A stretch of 64,000 bases of DNA from Camelus dromedarius (taxonomy: Eukaryota). The notes beneath the pieces are model-generated. The model was not told the origin of the DNA. It worked only from the letters and a program-made list of their open reading frames with translations, and did no database searches. The stretch is from contig NC_087437.1 of NCBI RefSeq assembly GCF_036321535.1, positions 51,834,001 through 51,898,000 on the forward strand. The letters run 5' to 3'. This document shows, piece after piece, positions 37,521-51,160 of the stretch. The first letter of the stretch is position 1. Each line of letters begins with the position of its first letter. The position numbers were made by a program, and so were the translations under genes.

Positions 37521-40500
37521 TGTGATTTTTCCTTTACTGCCCTTTCTCACAGGGCACAGGCTTCTGCCATGTTCTACCCATCAAACCACTAAATCCCTCC
37601 TCATTTTCTGGGAACCTGATAATCTCAGGGGCTAATAACCTTCGTAAGAACAGGTACAGTTATGTGAGCATCTGTACATGCCAGAAGCTCCACAAATGAC
37701 CTCATTTAATCTCTGCTCCTCTGAAGTAGGTGCTAGGATTATCTCTATAGATAAGAAAACTGAGAGATGAAAGTTAGCTACTCAGGGGAGGAAGCTAGGC
37801 TTCAAACCAGGTGTGTCTGAGTCCAAAGCTTATATTTCTTACTACTCTTGCCAAAGCCATCTGACTAAGAATGAGGTCCTGACAGTTCTCTACTCCCCTC
37901 GCTGCACCCCACTTCTAGCTGAGGTCCAGCCCCCCAGAACCAGGTGGCCACTGCCTTCTGGCCTCTGGACCTCTGCTACTCTACCCCACGAGCCTGATGG
38001 ACCAGCTGTCCTGGCTGATATGAACTGAGCCACGTTCTCCTGCCCCTCTAGTGGCTGTGCTTGACACCCTGACAGCCAAGTCAGTTCCCTTGGCCTAGCG
38101 CCCTCCGCATCCCAACTCCTGCCCTCACCTGTGCGTGGAAGTCCCTGCATTATTCTCACCACCCGCCAACCTGCCACAAGCCTGATGGGCTATGACACCC
38201 TGCCCTTGTGTCTTCATGGGTTTCTAAGGTGGCCCATGTGAGTCTCAACTCCTCTGCCTGGCTCCCCGGGCATCATGAAGCTCCCCTGCTTCTCTCCTCC
38301 AGTGACAGTCTCTTCTCTGTGGCCCTAGGACCTCCACATTCTGGGAACAGTCCCTGTGCTTGGCCGAGCCTGGCTCGGGACCTTCTTGGTGCTGTGGCTA
38401 ATGCTTCTTACTGGCTCCCCAGCTCCTTGCTGACCTGCCAGATGGTTCTGCTCTGTCCTGCCATTCGATGCCTGCCTGAGTCTATCTGCACTGACTCCCG
38501 CCTCTTGTCTCTGACCCCTGAGGAGTGCATGTTCCCAAGCCTCAATGTGTCCCCACGAGCCCCAGGTCCTGTCTTGCAACCTTGACCAGCCACCTCTCTC
38601 ACCCCACTTGATGGGACATTATCCAGCCTGTCCCAACATCTCCCAACTTGGACTCTGCTCCACTTAGAGCAGAATCAATCACTCAACTAAGCATAAATGC
38701 TGGTAAGACATAGCAGGAGGCACTAAGACCGCTCAGGTTCCCCTTCTCCCCAGACCCCCGGTCCCACACCCGCACCTTTTGTGCCTGGTTTTTCTGTTCT
38801 ATTTGAGTCCTACTACAAGCAGACCTCCTCCCCTCTTCCCACCTCACCAAAGGCTTCGCGTGCTCTGAAGCCAGCTCCAACTCTGAGGACCGTAAGCCAG
38901 GGCTTTCCAATGTTCTTTTGCACACAGAGAAAGGGAAAACAGGGGTAAGTGGAGTGATGGCTGGCAGCCAAGGAAGAGCCTGCCAGGAGGTCCAGACACC
39001 CCAGGCTGGGCCCCAGGGGCTAAAGGGATGGATGAGTCTCCGCTCACCTGGAACCCATTCTGCCGAGCAGCTCTTCTCTAAGCTGCAGCAATAAACAGTG
39101 ATAGCTCCCTTTTATTAAATAATTAAAACGTGCCAGGTGGTGTATTAGGTACTTAGATGCATCTTGTCTGGTCCTCTAGGGCAGGTAATCATTATCCCAT
39201 TTTACAGATGAGGACCAAGGCTCAGAGGCATTCAGCAGCTTGTCCAAGGCTCTGCCTCTCTGAGCTTCTATTGTCAGCCTGCAGCCTGTGACTATCCCTC
39301 CGGCATTCTTTGTTTCCTCTGTGCCCAATTTGTAATGAAACGGTGGGGGGTGGGGTGGTCTTTGAGAGCAGAGCTGTATCTGCTTCCTGTCTGCATCCCA
39401 CCCTGCCTGGCACACTGGGGGTGCTGTCTGTTCTCCAGGTCCTTCTAGGAAGCACCAGGATTCTTAGGCCCAGCTATTGCTGCGATCCCAAAGGAATAAG
39501 CCCAAATGGCTTCCCTGAGGAAGGCCAGACCCCTTCTCTGGGAAGGGTGTTGGGGAAGAGGGGCTGAGCTGCTGCCCAGCGGCTCGGTGACTGTGGCCAT
39601 AGGGCAGTGAGGTGTTTCCAAGTCAGAGGCTGTAGGAGTCCCTGTCTCTTTGCTCCTCCTCAGCAGGGTACCTGCTCACATTGATGTCCCTGTCATGGCT
39701 TCAGGGGACCTTTCCCACTTCAGGTGTTGAGAAATCTCAGGTATTTCTAGAATAATGATCCCATATTTATATCCAGCCTCTCATGGCAACCCCGGGCAGT
39801 CCTGGAGAGAGGGAGAGGGTCAGGGAATTGAGAAGCAGTTCCTATTTCCACATTCCTGCCTCCATTCAATCATGTGTGATAGACAGTTGTAGGTCAATGT
39901 GACCCCAGGAATTGCTAAGCTGGTCCAATCTCTCCGTTTATAGATGGGGAAGCCAAGGCCCAAAGAGATGAGTGTTTCCCACAGGGTCACTTGGGGCAGA
40001 AGAGGCATAAGCCCCTGACTCCCTGTCCAGTGCTCTTCCCACAGGTCACATTGCTTCAGCATCAACTCAGTTACCAGGGTGCTGCCACCCAGTTTGGGAT
40101 TCAGGAGGTCAGCTGACTTTTCTCAGTTGCTTCTTGGTCAGAGGACATTGTGCCTCACCTCTGGGGAGTGGGGACTGGTGGATAAGACTACCACAGGGCA
40201 AAAATCACAGGTGCTCACCTGGGCCCTGTTGGCCCCTGCAGCTTCCTCAAATGACAGGCTAGCCCACTAGTGTTCACCATTGCCCACGCTCCCTCTGCTC
40301 CCATTGTTCGGAAGCTGAGTGGGAGGGCAGTTGCCTCTATTTTGAGGACTGTGGTCCCATTAGTGGCACAGACTTTCTACCAAGTAGAAGATGCTCTTTG
40401 GTCAAGTGAGGGCCTGGTCGTCCTCAGCCTGGGAGGACCAGGAGGGTTAACTGGAAGCTGCCCTCCTCCTCCCTGTCGTCACCATTCCTTCCGAGAGAAG

Positions 40501-41156
40501 GAGCGAGCTCTCTGCCGTCTACATATTTTCAGCTGAGTTATATTTTGCATAAAGTAAACTTAGCAAACAGAGAACACAGTGAGAATATATTTGGCTTTGA
40601 AGCGTCAGTGTTCTGACAGGCATTTCCTATTAGCTATCTCTGAGCCGACCAGCCCGGCTGGGTTTTGCTTAAGTGGCATAATTCTCCTGCCTGGAGACAG
40701 CTCATTCATTAGTCATTCCAAAAGCCAAATACAAAATAGCCTTCTCTAAGCCAACTCCACCAACCAGCCCCGTAGCCCGCAGCCCAGGCAGAACCATGAA
40801 ACTGTGGGGCTTACTGGCCCGGCCGAGGTCAGCATGGGAGTCACCTTCTGCAGGCCTCGGAGCACGGCTTTGGCTTGAGTCCTTCATTCCTCTGGAGCAG
40901 GAAGGATACATCTTCTTCTGGTTGGCAGAAGCCTGGGGAGCCTTTTGGAGGATGGGCTCTATTCCATTTCACTACTGAGTCAGTTGCAACAACTCGAAGC
41001 CCTGACTGAATGCATTCCGTTTGGTTTATGTTCTTTTAGGTTCTAGAAGCTAAAGGTACTCGTTCTAAGAGGAAGCAAAAGAATGTGTCCTTTTCTGCTT
41101 GGGTCTCTCAGCCCTTCTGTGATTGGCGTCCTGCGTGGTATCTCTCGTCTTCAAGA

Positions 41157-41300
41157 TTTTTTTTAAAATTTTTTTGCGGGGGAGGTAATTCAGTTTATTT
41201 ATTTATTATTATTTCAAGTGGAGGTACCAGGGACCTCATGTATGAACCCAGGACCTCATGCATGCTAAGCATGCACTCTACCACTGAGCTATACCCTCCC
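41157..41300 (-). mobile_element. tRNA-derived SINE (Vic-1-like) with internal rearrangement
   Basis: Core gaacccaggacctcatgcatgctaagcatgcactctaccactgagctataccctccc. The gggaggtaatt...tttatttattt tail segment is shared with the 51761 copy. Confidence 0.88.
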
Positions 41301-44300
41301 TCTTCATGTTATCTCTTTGAATCCCTGTGTGATAAGGGCTGATGTCCCCATTTTACAGATGAGGAAACTGGAGCTCAGACAAGTGAAGTGATTTGTCAAA
41401 GCTCACACAGCCAGGGTTCAAGCCTGTCAGGCTCCAAAATGCACCTTCTGCCCTCTCTGTCAGGAAGCCTTCTTTGGGATGATTACCTGAGTTCAAAAAT
41501 GAAAATGCAGATGGGCATGAGGATCTCCTTTTCTCAGCTTTGAAAGAACTAAGTAAGAATGCCACTGTATTCCAGGCAGGGTGGGCTGAAAAGCCAGCCA
41601 GGAGGAGGCAGGGGAGGCAAACTGTTCTAAAAGGAATGTTGAAAACACCTGGGTTGAGAGTTGGTGGCGGTGGGGGGGTAGTTCTGATGGGGGCAGAGCT
41701 TCGTTTGAGGTGGGCCAGGAGCTGGGACCAGAAGAGGGACAGGGAAGGAGCTGTTGTGGTTCCATGGGCCCAGCTGGGCATTCCACATATGCCCCGCTGA
41801 ATGGGCCACCCAACAAAGCCTGACCAAGCAGAATGCCATGCGGTAAAAACTCCACTAACACCCAGTCATGAGGGGAACACCAGAGAAGCACGGAGAAAGT
41901 TCCTGTGCAGAGGCGAAGAGCTAGAGGCTGTGACCACAGCTGGCAGTTGGCGTCAGACTCCCCAGAGGGCCTAATTAGCACTCCAGGCGGACAAACACAC
42001 TCACAGGTGCCCAGGCCGATAGGAAGGTGGGCAGGGGAAGGGGGAGACAGACCAAATCAGAGGTGGAATATATGTACATAACCTAGGAATGGGAATCTCA
42101 GAGTCCTTCCCAAGCAGACCTCCAAGGCCAGAACTCTTGAATGGTGCCCTCCTTAGCCTGGCGTTAAGACCTTCCTCAGGCTGGCCTCAACTCATCTCTG
42201 TAGTGTCATCTCCCATCCTCCCTTTCATCTCTCCACTTTGTCTCAAACTTTGATGTTTCCAAACACACATAACACTTTTACTCTACAGCTCTTCCACATG
42301 TTATTTTTCCTGCGTGCATTTCATCTCTCCCATTCATAGCCCCACGGAGCAAACTCTTACTCACCCTTCAAAGCCCTGGCTAAATGTATCATGAAGCCTT
42401 CTCTGTCTCCCCAGGATACTCCTTTTTATTGTGTCGCTGACCCTTTTTCTATAACTCTAGTAAATCATTGTTTCCAGTGCACTGTCAGGAGCCCTGTCCT
42501 GTTTTATCTCTGGATTCCCAGTACCCAGTCGAGAGCTGGCATATAGAAAATGCTGTCAACTGATAAAGCAGCTGAATTTGAAAATACGTGCCACAGAATC
42601 ATCATGCCTCAGACCTGGAAGAAAACATACAGTTGATCTAAGTGAACCACTTCTCTGATGTTTGAACACCTCATCTGTATTCCCAGCCTGATGTAACGTA
42701 CGTACTGCCTAATCTAGTAACTGGCATGTGTTAAACTCCCAGTGAATGGCAGCTGACTTTGCTGTTGTTTCTCTGGGACTCAAAATGGACCTAGAAGAGT
42801 CCATAGAAGGAACACTGAATCTGGAGTCAGGGCTGCAGCCCTGCATCCACCTACTGCCCCAGCTTACCTTGGATAAGCCACGTCAGCCTCTCTAGACCTC
42901 AGTTTCCTCACCTAGAGTGATGAACATAGCTAGATGTCCTATAATTGGGTCCCTTCCAGCTCCAATGAAAACAAACCAAATCAAAACTGAAGGCAAATAT
43001 CACCAGTAGATCTTAGGGGATTCCAGCTCTGATCTTTCTGGTGATCAGAAACCAGGGAACTAACTTCGACCTTAGTGGCCCTTCTTGAGGTGTGTTCTTC
43101 CCCCAGGCAGGACCAGTCCCCAGAGAGGCAGAAACTCCTCCTTGCCAAACTGGCGGCCAGTCATACCCACTTTGCCATCCTGGAGAAGGAGGGAGTCAGT
43201 CTGTCATGGAGCTTGTGGCAAAATCCCTCTTCCTCCCTGAACACCAGCTATGATTAGCTGTGTCCTCACCACGAAACTGCAGGGGTGTGTGCGGCTGAGT
43301 CACAGATGTTCAGATCACATTTATAGAGTGCTTGGGAGGCGGGGGGTGGGGGGTGGCGAGGGGAGCTTCATGGCTGTCAGAAGCACCCCAGTTCCCTTTC
43401 CCTACCCACAGCAGTGGTTGAGATTTTCCAACCCAGGTGTTTGAGATACAGAGTTTAAGAACCATCCTTTGATGCCACCCAGCTTCCAGGCAGTTCCTTA
43501 GGCTAGGCCTCTGCCATCCAGAGCAGGCCCCCAGGAGGTGGGTAGGGACTTGCCCTTCACATCATCAGCCCCACCCCACCCCACCCCACCCCACCCACAA
43601 GGGCTGCCGCAGGGACAGCTTTGTCCCAGGTCTGAACCCTCTCTCTCTCAAACCCCTCTCTCCCTGGCCCCTGCCATCCTCAGGGCTCCTCCGAAGGAAT
43701 CAGGAGATCTCTCCAGGAGTGGTCAGTCTGAACCTTACAACCTCCAGAGGTCCCAGGTCCCCTCCCCCATACCCTGGGCTCACTCTGTGGCTGCTGATGT
43801 GAGGCAGGGCTGCAGCCAGTGGTGCAGGAGTCCCAGACCCTCTGCTGGGCACTCTGTTCCCAAATGTCCCCCTCACGCCCCCATCCCATCTGGTGATGGA
43901 GGGCCTTGAGCTACCAATAAAATAGGAGCTGGGAAAGAGGCAGAAGCCTCTTAGGTGGAGGAATCCTGGCAGGCAGGCAAGTTCCAACAGGCGAACCAGG
44001 ATTGTGGCGTGTAGACAGTGAGTCACCTGGGTCCCCGCTGCTTACTGGACAGAGCCAGAATAATGACAATAATAATAGAGATCCAGGGTGCTGTTATTAA
44101 CGCCCACCTTTCCTCCCAGGATGGTATCTCTCCTCCATCCATCTGACAACCCTCAGGGGCAGAGAGGAGCTGAGGAAGGAGGTTTTGTTGCCCTGCCTTA
44201 AATAGGGGGGAAACTGAGGCCAAAGTTATTCTTCACTGAACCCAGGTAGTCCTGAGAAAAAGACTCTGCTTCCTAATGTCATCCTGATGTCAGGAGAGTC

Positions 44301-44392
44301 ACGCAGGCCCGCAATTACTGGTCTTCCTCAATGGCGAGCTCTAGGCTCAAAGCTGGAAACAATATTTTTTCTTGCTGTTGTGTCTGTCTGTC

Positions 44393-44432
44393 TTCCTTCC
44401 TTCCTTCCTTCTTTCCTTCCTTCCTTCTTTCC
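44393..44432. repeat. (TTCC)n microsatellite
   Basis: Direct reading of the sequence. Confidence 0.85.
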
Positions 44433-44479
44433 TTTCTCGCTCGCTCTCTCTCCCGCTTTCGACTTCTCACAGCCTTTCC

Positions 44480-44640
44480 TCTAATCCTTACTTACAACAG
44501 CCCTAGGGGGTAGGGGTGATTATTATCCCCATTTTACAGATGAGGAACCTGAAGTTCAGAGAGGTTAGGTTACTTCCCATGGTCACATAGCAAAGGAATG
44601 GCAGAGCCAAGATTTAAACCCAACTGGTTTGACTGTGCCT
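44480..44640 (-). mobile_element. MIR
   Basis: ttattatccccattttacagatgaggaacctgaagttcagagaggttagg...ggcagagccaagatttaaaccc. Confidence 0.85.
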
Positions 44641-46024
44641 TCTCAGCCTCCTATGTATCCATGTCGTCCACAGTCAAGAATCTCAGGATCTCCAAGGCTG
44701 GCTTCCTAGGCCTTAGGGCCTGGCCTTTCCCCACTGCCTTCCCCTCCTGGACTCAGGCTATCTCAAGATTAGAGCTCTTCCCAGGGCTCCTTGGAGGCCA
44801 GCTTTCATTTTCATCTCTGAGCCGCCGTGGAAAAGTTAAGACTCAACACTTTAATTTTGGGGTCTTAGTAATTATCTGGTATCCACCACCCACTCAACTC
44901 TACCCACTAGTTATTATAATAACAACAATAATAATTTAGAGAAGCAATGATGATGATCACAGCACTCACTGATCCCCCGTTGGAGGCTGGACGGAGATAG
45001 ACATAGCCTCGCCCTTTTAAAAATGTCAAAATGCTCCTGGATTTGGGAGTCAGGAACATTGGATTCTAGTCTTAGTTCTGGCAGGGATGCCACACATCAC
45101 ATGGCTGAGTGAGCCTCTAAATCCCTCTGTACCTCCATTTTCCCCTCAGTAAAATGGGGATAATAATCTTGCAAAATGAAGTGCTTTAAGCCTCTTGAAA
45201 GAACATCATAAGACCATTTTTTTCATTAAGCATCATTTTTTTTTCTTTAAGTATTTACCGTTAAAAAGGACCCAGAAGTCTGATGCCTCAATGATGCTTT
45301 ATCTCCTTGCCCCAGTCTCCCGCTGCGTGGGCTGCCCAGCCCTTGGGGAGGGTGCTGGGTCGGGTCGGGGCTTGGAGGCAGGGTCTGATCTCTTGGTTGC
45401 AGTGGGAGTCTTACTTTTCTAGCCCTTATCCTCAACAGCTGCCTCTGCCAAGGCCCTGGAGCTAGAAAAAGCGAGGTCATTGCTTGAATGCAATAAATGC
45501 TTTTATTAGTCCTTTTATTAATGATGGTTGGTATTATTTGTTGAGAAGCTGGGACAATAGTTATTCCAGTAAGAGGATATTAAGCTCCCGCGGACAGACA
45601 CTGTATATCTAACAGGCTCCGGCCCCCCACCCTCCCCCGAAGCTGCTTTATTACAATGCAGCACACCCCTGGCCTCCTAGCAACTCCAAGAAGAGAGAGG
45701 AGGGGTGGGGGAGGTAGGGATAAGCTGGTGTCATTAAACACATAGCCCTTTTCAGAGGTTATGGTAAACCAATAGCAGGAAGCTTTTGCTTCCCCCCTGA
45801 GAGCTTAGGGAGCCTGTGTGATTTTAGCATTCTTCTCCTGCCCTTCCACCCCCCACCCCCCACCCCCCCGCAACCACCTGGCCTCTGGGTTCTTGGCTAT
45901 TTTAGAGCCAGAGCTGCTAGTGATGAGTTGGTAAAGGAGAAGGACATCCTTGAACCATTTGTTAAATTTGAGACCATTCCCATTCTTTGTTTTCAGCCAT
46001 TTTACATTATTTTTAATTTAATGA

Positions 46025-46250
46025 CATATTTATAATACTTACTATATGCTGGCAGTGTTCTGAGTGCTTCTCAAATACTAATTTATTTTATCCTCATAAC
46101 ATCCCTATGAGGCAGATACTATTATCCCTATTTCATAGATGAGGAAATTGAGGCCCAGAGAGGTTAAGTGACTTGCCCAAGGTCACACAGCTAATAAGTA
46201 ACAGAGCCAGATTTGAACCCAGGCAGTTGTCTTCAGAGTCTGTGCTCTTT
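46025..46250 (-). mobile_element. MIR (well preserved, near full length)
   Basis: gatgaggaaattgaggcccagagaggttaagtgacttgcccaaggtcacacagctaataagtaacagagccagatttgaacccaggcag. Confidence 0.9.
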
Positions 46251-46374
46251 ACCTGAAATTAAAACTGAGTATGAAAAGAACTGGGAAATATTTCCAAAAT
46301 TCAGCAGCTTTATTATTTTACCAAAGGGATTTAGATATATAACGAATAGTATAATAAGTTATAATAGCAATCCC

Positions 46375-47250
46375 CAGGATCAGAATATCTGTAAGTTGAA
46401 GGCATTCTTAAAGGTCATCTGATCTAACCCTCTGATGAATACAAGAATTCTCTCTGCAGCATCCCTCATGTGTGATCCTCCAGCTTTTATCTGAATACCT
46501 CTAGTGATGGGGAACTCATTACCTCAACAGGCAGATCATTCTAGCTTTGCACAGTTCTCAGTTAAAAAAAGAAAGTTCTTCCTTGGTCTGGACTGAAATT
46601 TAGCTCCCTGTGACTTATTCTCATGAACCTACTTTTGTCCTCTAGAACTGGGGGACAAAATAAAAAGTATCTCTTTTATATAGGAAATAGCCCTTGAAGT
46701 ACTTGCAAACAGCTTTCATGCCCCCTTCAATCTTTTTCCTCTTTGGGGTTAAACTCCCTGAGTTCTTTTGTGGTCCTCATTTGTTACAATTTTCCAGATT
46801 TTCCATCTTCCTGTTCCCACCCCTCTGATGCATGATAGTTTGTCAGCATTAATTCTAGAGTGGTGTCAGAAGGAAAAAGGACACATCAGATGTGGTCCAG
46901 GAGTGCTAAGAATGGGATCATCTCCTTCACCTCCTTCTTGTGTGCTCTGCACTTCCAATATCGCAGCCTACGCTCACCTTAGGTGCTTTGAGAGTCACAT
47001 TATACCTTTGACTCATATTGAGCTTGCAATCCATGTGTAGCTCTTTCAAGTCCATCTTCCAAATTCTGAAACTGTATTGTTGTGCTGGTTTTTTGTTTTT
47101 GTTTGAGCCCAAGGGTAGTACATTTCATCTTGTTAAATTCAGTTCCTTGTCCAACCTATCAAGGTTGACTTGGGACCTTACCCTTTTACCCTATTTAGTG
47201 ATTCCCTACCTGATTTTGTATCACCTGAAATTTTGATAAATATACTACCT
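46375..47250 (-). mobile_element. L3/CR1 LINE remnant
   Basis: aggtcatctgatctaacc...ctagtgatggggaactcattacctc. ORF 46927-47112(-) contains DCKLNMSQRYNVTLKAPKVSVGC, resembling the CR1 RT motif DxKLNMSQQC..A.K.N..LGC. Confidence 0.8.
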
Positions 47251-47679
47251 GTGTTCCCATTCAGGCTGTCATCAATTTTTTTTTTTTTTTAAGCTGAACA
47301 GGAAAATTTCCAAGGTTAGATTTGTGGAGGAAGATGAGGCAAAGTTAGAGTGATTCCAAAAAGACATTTTCTTTTTGGATCAATAGGAGTGACTAGGGTT
47401 GTGTACTTTTTGGGACTGTGTCTGGATAACTGGGTAAAAGACTCGTTCAGCATCACTTCTGCGTCAGAGCCTGTGAGCCATAACGAGGCAGGAAGGCAAA
47501 TATTGATAGCTTGGTTCATAGATCTAATTGTTTCTTATATACCCTCTGCTGACAAGTACTGAGAGTTGAAATGAAGGATGTTATGAGATAGAAACAAGGC
47601 CCCCTGTGAGGAGACAAATGGGACTCCCTGACCAGAAAAAGCCAGGTGATTGCTGTAAGCATTAATATCTCCAGAAATA

Positions 47680-47876
47680 TACAAGATCTTATGGTAGCTC
47701 ACAGAGAAAACAATGTGACAATGAATATATGTATGTTCATGTATAACTGAAAAATTGTGCTCTACACTGGAATTTGACACAACATTGTAAAATGATTATA
47801 AATCAATAAAAAAAATAAAGTTTACTCATTCTTCTCCTTTTCATTTTTAAATAAATTCTTTGCATTTAAAAAAAAA
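47680..47876 (+). mobile_element. Young 5'-truncated L1 3' end carrying an extra 48-bp 3' segment
   Basis: L1 terminus (...aatttgacacaacattgtaaaatgattataaatcaataaaaaaaa), then 47820-47867, then a second A tract. TSD atctccagaaata at 47667-47679 and 47877-47889. Confidence 0.88.
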
Positions 47877-48721
47877 ATCTCCAGAAATAAAAAAAGAGGA
47901 CATTCTTGGAGCAAAGACAGAGCTAACAACAAAAAAAAAGAGGAGCTTTAGTACACTGTGTGGAGTTTGAATAAATTTTTCTCAGCCAAAACAGCCATTC
48001 TCTTCTGTCATTCCTTAAAGGTCACACCTAAAAGCCAAAAGAATCAAACTGAGGCTACATCATTGGGGTTCACTGCAGGGGGGTCTCTGTTTATGCCAAA
48101 GAGTGTTGGAAATCAATTTAACGTCGCAATCTTGTTCACCAGCCCACTCATATCACGCACCACAGGAGTGTATTTTTAACTCTCTTTCTAATATTCTCCC
48201 AAACTGTTCTTCTCCTTGCCCATTTTGACACAGGCTTTTTATTCTCTAGTTCCCACCTCTTCTTGTCCACGTGCTCTGCTCTGCCTGCACCTCCCCACCT
48301 CAGGAGTCTGGCACGCTGTGGGGTCCCCGGCACCTGAGTTGGATGCAGCTGCAGGCACTGAGGTAGATTTTGGTGCCTAGTGGGTAATTATTGGTGGCTG
48401 AGACTTGTGGGATTTCCAAGACAGTCATGAAGTAGAACTGGAACCAGGTTGCCAGGTTCAGATAGGACAAGCCAGGAAAACTGAACTGGGAGAGAGCCTG
48501 GGACCAAGTGGGAGCCGATATCTGGGGCAGACAGAGAAATAGACGCTGAACTGATGGGCAGACAGGGTTTTTAATGTGGCTGCTGTGGCCCAGGCAGAGG
48601 CATGCTGCTTGAGGCTAAGGGCCTCGTTATGGGAGAACATCCACAGCCCTCTGCCTCCCTGCTTCACGCCCCATCTCTGATGCTCACCTCAGACCCTTGC
48701 TCCCACAGTGCACGGGGATTC

Positions 48722-48962
48722 TGGCTTAGCCCACTGAGGCTGCTATAACAAAAACACCAGAAACTGGGTAGCTTCAATAGCAAACATTTATTTCTTATAC
48801 TTCTGGAGGTTGGGAAGTCCAAGATCAAAGTGCCCACTGATCTGGCCTCTGGTGAGATCCTGTTTCCTAGTTCAGAGACCGTTGTCATCTTGCTGTGTCC
48901 CCACGTGGCAGAAGGGGTGAGAGATCGCTGGGTCTCATTTATTTATTTATTTATTTATATAT

Positions 48963-49002
<40 letters not shown>

Positions 49003-49270
49003 TTGAGTTATATTCAGTTTACGATGTTGTGTCCATTTCCAGTGTCGAGCACAATTTTTCGGTTATATATGAACATACATAAATTCATTGTCGCATTCTT
49101 TTTCTCTGTGGTTGGGGTCTCTTTTAGAAGGGCAGAAATCCCACTTATGAGGGCTCCATCCTCTGACCCAGTCACCTCCCAAAGCCCCCACCTCCAGATA
49201 CCATCACACTGGGGATTTGATTTCAACATATGAATGGTGGGGGAGAGACATTGACCTTCAGTCTATAACA
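48722..49270 (-). mobile_element. MLT1A0-like ERVL-MaLR solo LTR, interrupted by an L1 fragment
   Basis: ggctgctataacaaaa...ttctggaggttgggaagtccaagatcaa...cacctcccaaagcccc...atttcaacatatgaat...ttcagtctataaca matches the recalled MLT1A-group consensus. Confidence 0.88.
48937..49114 (-). mobile_element. Young L1 3' end with (TTTA)n-expanded tail, nested in the MLT1 LTR
   Basis: Reverse complement of the same L1 terminus seen at 47700-47810. Flanked by gggtctc at 48930-48936 and 49115-49121. Confidence 0.85.
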
Positions 49271-50989
49271 GATCTGCTTCATCAGTCTACTGGACTGGAC
49301 ACACATGGCCCACTCTCAGCTCAGTAGTTTCATCCCTTCCACTCGAAGGGCCTGCAGTCAGTGTAAGAGGCACTCCTGCTGCTTGCCTCAGCTCACTGGA
49401 GCCCCACTAGGTGGACCACCCCAGCTGGCCTCCCTGCTTGGCCTGGCTGGGGGGTGCTGGACACTCCCAGCATCAGGCACTGTACCCAGTAAGGTCTGAG
49501 CCCAAACAGGGGCTGGCCACCCTCAAAAGGATGGAAACCACTTATCTGTATGGAGCCAACATTTCCATTAATTTAGGAGATTGAGACCCTTGTTCAGTTA
49601 AGTCACAAAAAAGAAGGTAAAGTAAATGGAATCTGTTTTTAGTCATATACATTAAGGGAATACATAAACAAACCAACCCCTGCAGTTTGTCTGGATGGAG
49701 TACTTCACTTTAAAATTTACCTTTCAGTCACACCAATCCAGTTTCTGGCAGACCACAGCTGCATGTTAAAGGCCATAGGCCTTACTTATTACTATTATTA
49801 TTTTCTATTATTAGGCAAATTCTTATTTGCTTGTGGTCTGATTCAGGTCTAGGCTTGTGGGCCTGTGTTAATTTGTAGAGTTGAAGTATTTATGTTGTAT
49901 TTCGATCTAGTCTATCAATTTCCTACACGTTTCCCCCTCAAGATGATCACTAATTCAAAATGAAGTAAAACCCCAAACCCAGGAGGAGGAGGGGGTGCGG
50001 GGAAGGAGTGAGAATGGGCTTGGAGAAGAATGAAGGATCATCTCTTTGTATTTTGCCCCAGGGTCCTAGACCCAAAGGCAGAAGAAAGCAAGCACTCTCA
50101 CTCCCCGCACACAGCTCTCAGCTCAAAGGAGAGGGAAGTAGGAAGATATCACAGATAAAAACACCAACTCCACCCAAATGACTCAAGTGAAGGCACGTCT
50201 CAGAGTCCTTGTGTTTTCCTGAAACTCAAAGCCCAAACGTAGGAGAGAACTGTCCAGCTGCCTATGCTCTAGTGAAGACTTCATAAATCTCCAGAAAGCC
50301 TCTGACCCTTTCTCTTTTCACTTTGGCTCTGTTTCCTTCTTTGCTGAGGGTCCCTATTTGTCAGAGCAGAAGGGAATTACATCAGTCAGTTTTGAATCAG
50401 ACAAAACAAAAATGAGTGGACAGCCTTCCTTGGAAGGGAAAAAATAGTGGTGTTTTTTTTTTTTTTACCCCCACCACCTCCGACTTATTAAGCAGCACTA
50501 AGTGCATTAGAGGAGGGTGGCCAGGATTTCAGATGCATAAGTGAGAGCAGAAATTTGAACACTAAATGCGGTGGGGGTTGGGTAGGTAAGCAAGGATTTG
50601 GATTTAGCCTCATGGTTCTCCCTCTCCCCCTGCAGGAGAGAAGAGGCGGAGAGACAGAAGCCGCTCAGCCTGGGGATGAGCAGGTGTGAAGGTGCGCATG
50701 CGCAAGAGTGACACCCGTATACACGGATACAAGGAGCAAAAAGCGCAAGGAGTCCGGGAGAGGAAAAGGAAAGGTGACCGAAGTTGAACAAGAAAATACT
50801 CTGGGAAATAATGATGATCATGAGAACCACTAAGGATGAGAGTGATAGTAGGAACCCTACGCTGCATTCATTGTCTAGTATACGGGTATTCACTGCTTCT
50901 CCAGGCAGGGCATGTTCTGGGCGCTGAGGATACAGCAGTAAATGACACCAAGCCACTGCCTTCAGGGAGCTTAGGTTCTAGAGTGATAC

Positions 50990-51160
50990 ACGTCAGGCAC
51001 GTAACATATGTTAGCTCATTTATCAACCCTGTGAGGTTGTTATTGTTATCCCATTCTATAGATGAGAAAGCTGAGGCACAAAGAAGTTTTTATAACTTGG
51101 CCAAGTCTCACAGCTGAGCCAAGATTTGAACTCAGGTCCCTCTGACTCCAGAGCCCCTGG
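50990..51160 (-). mobile_element. MIR
   Basis: ttatcccattctatagatgagaaagctgaggcaca...gagccaagatttgaactcaggtc. Confidence 0.78.

Noticed and set aside
45580..45602. REST/RE1-like sequence ttaagctcccgcggacagacac
   Set aside because: Non-canonical spacing and several mismatches. The half-site ggacagcacc near 1545 is only a mutated MIR end.
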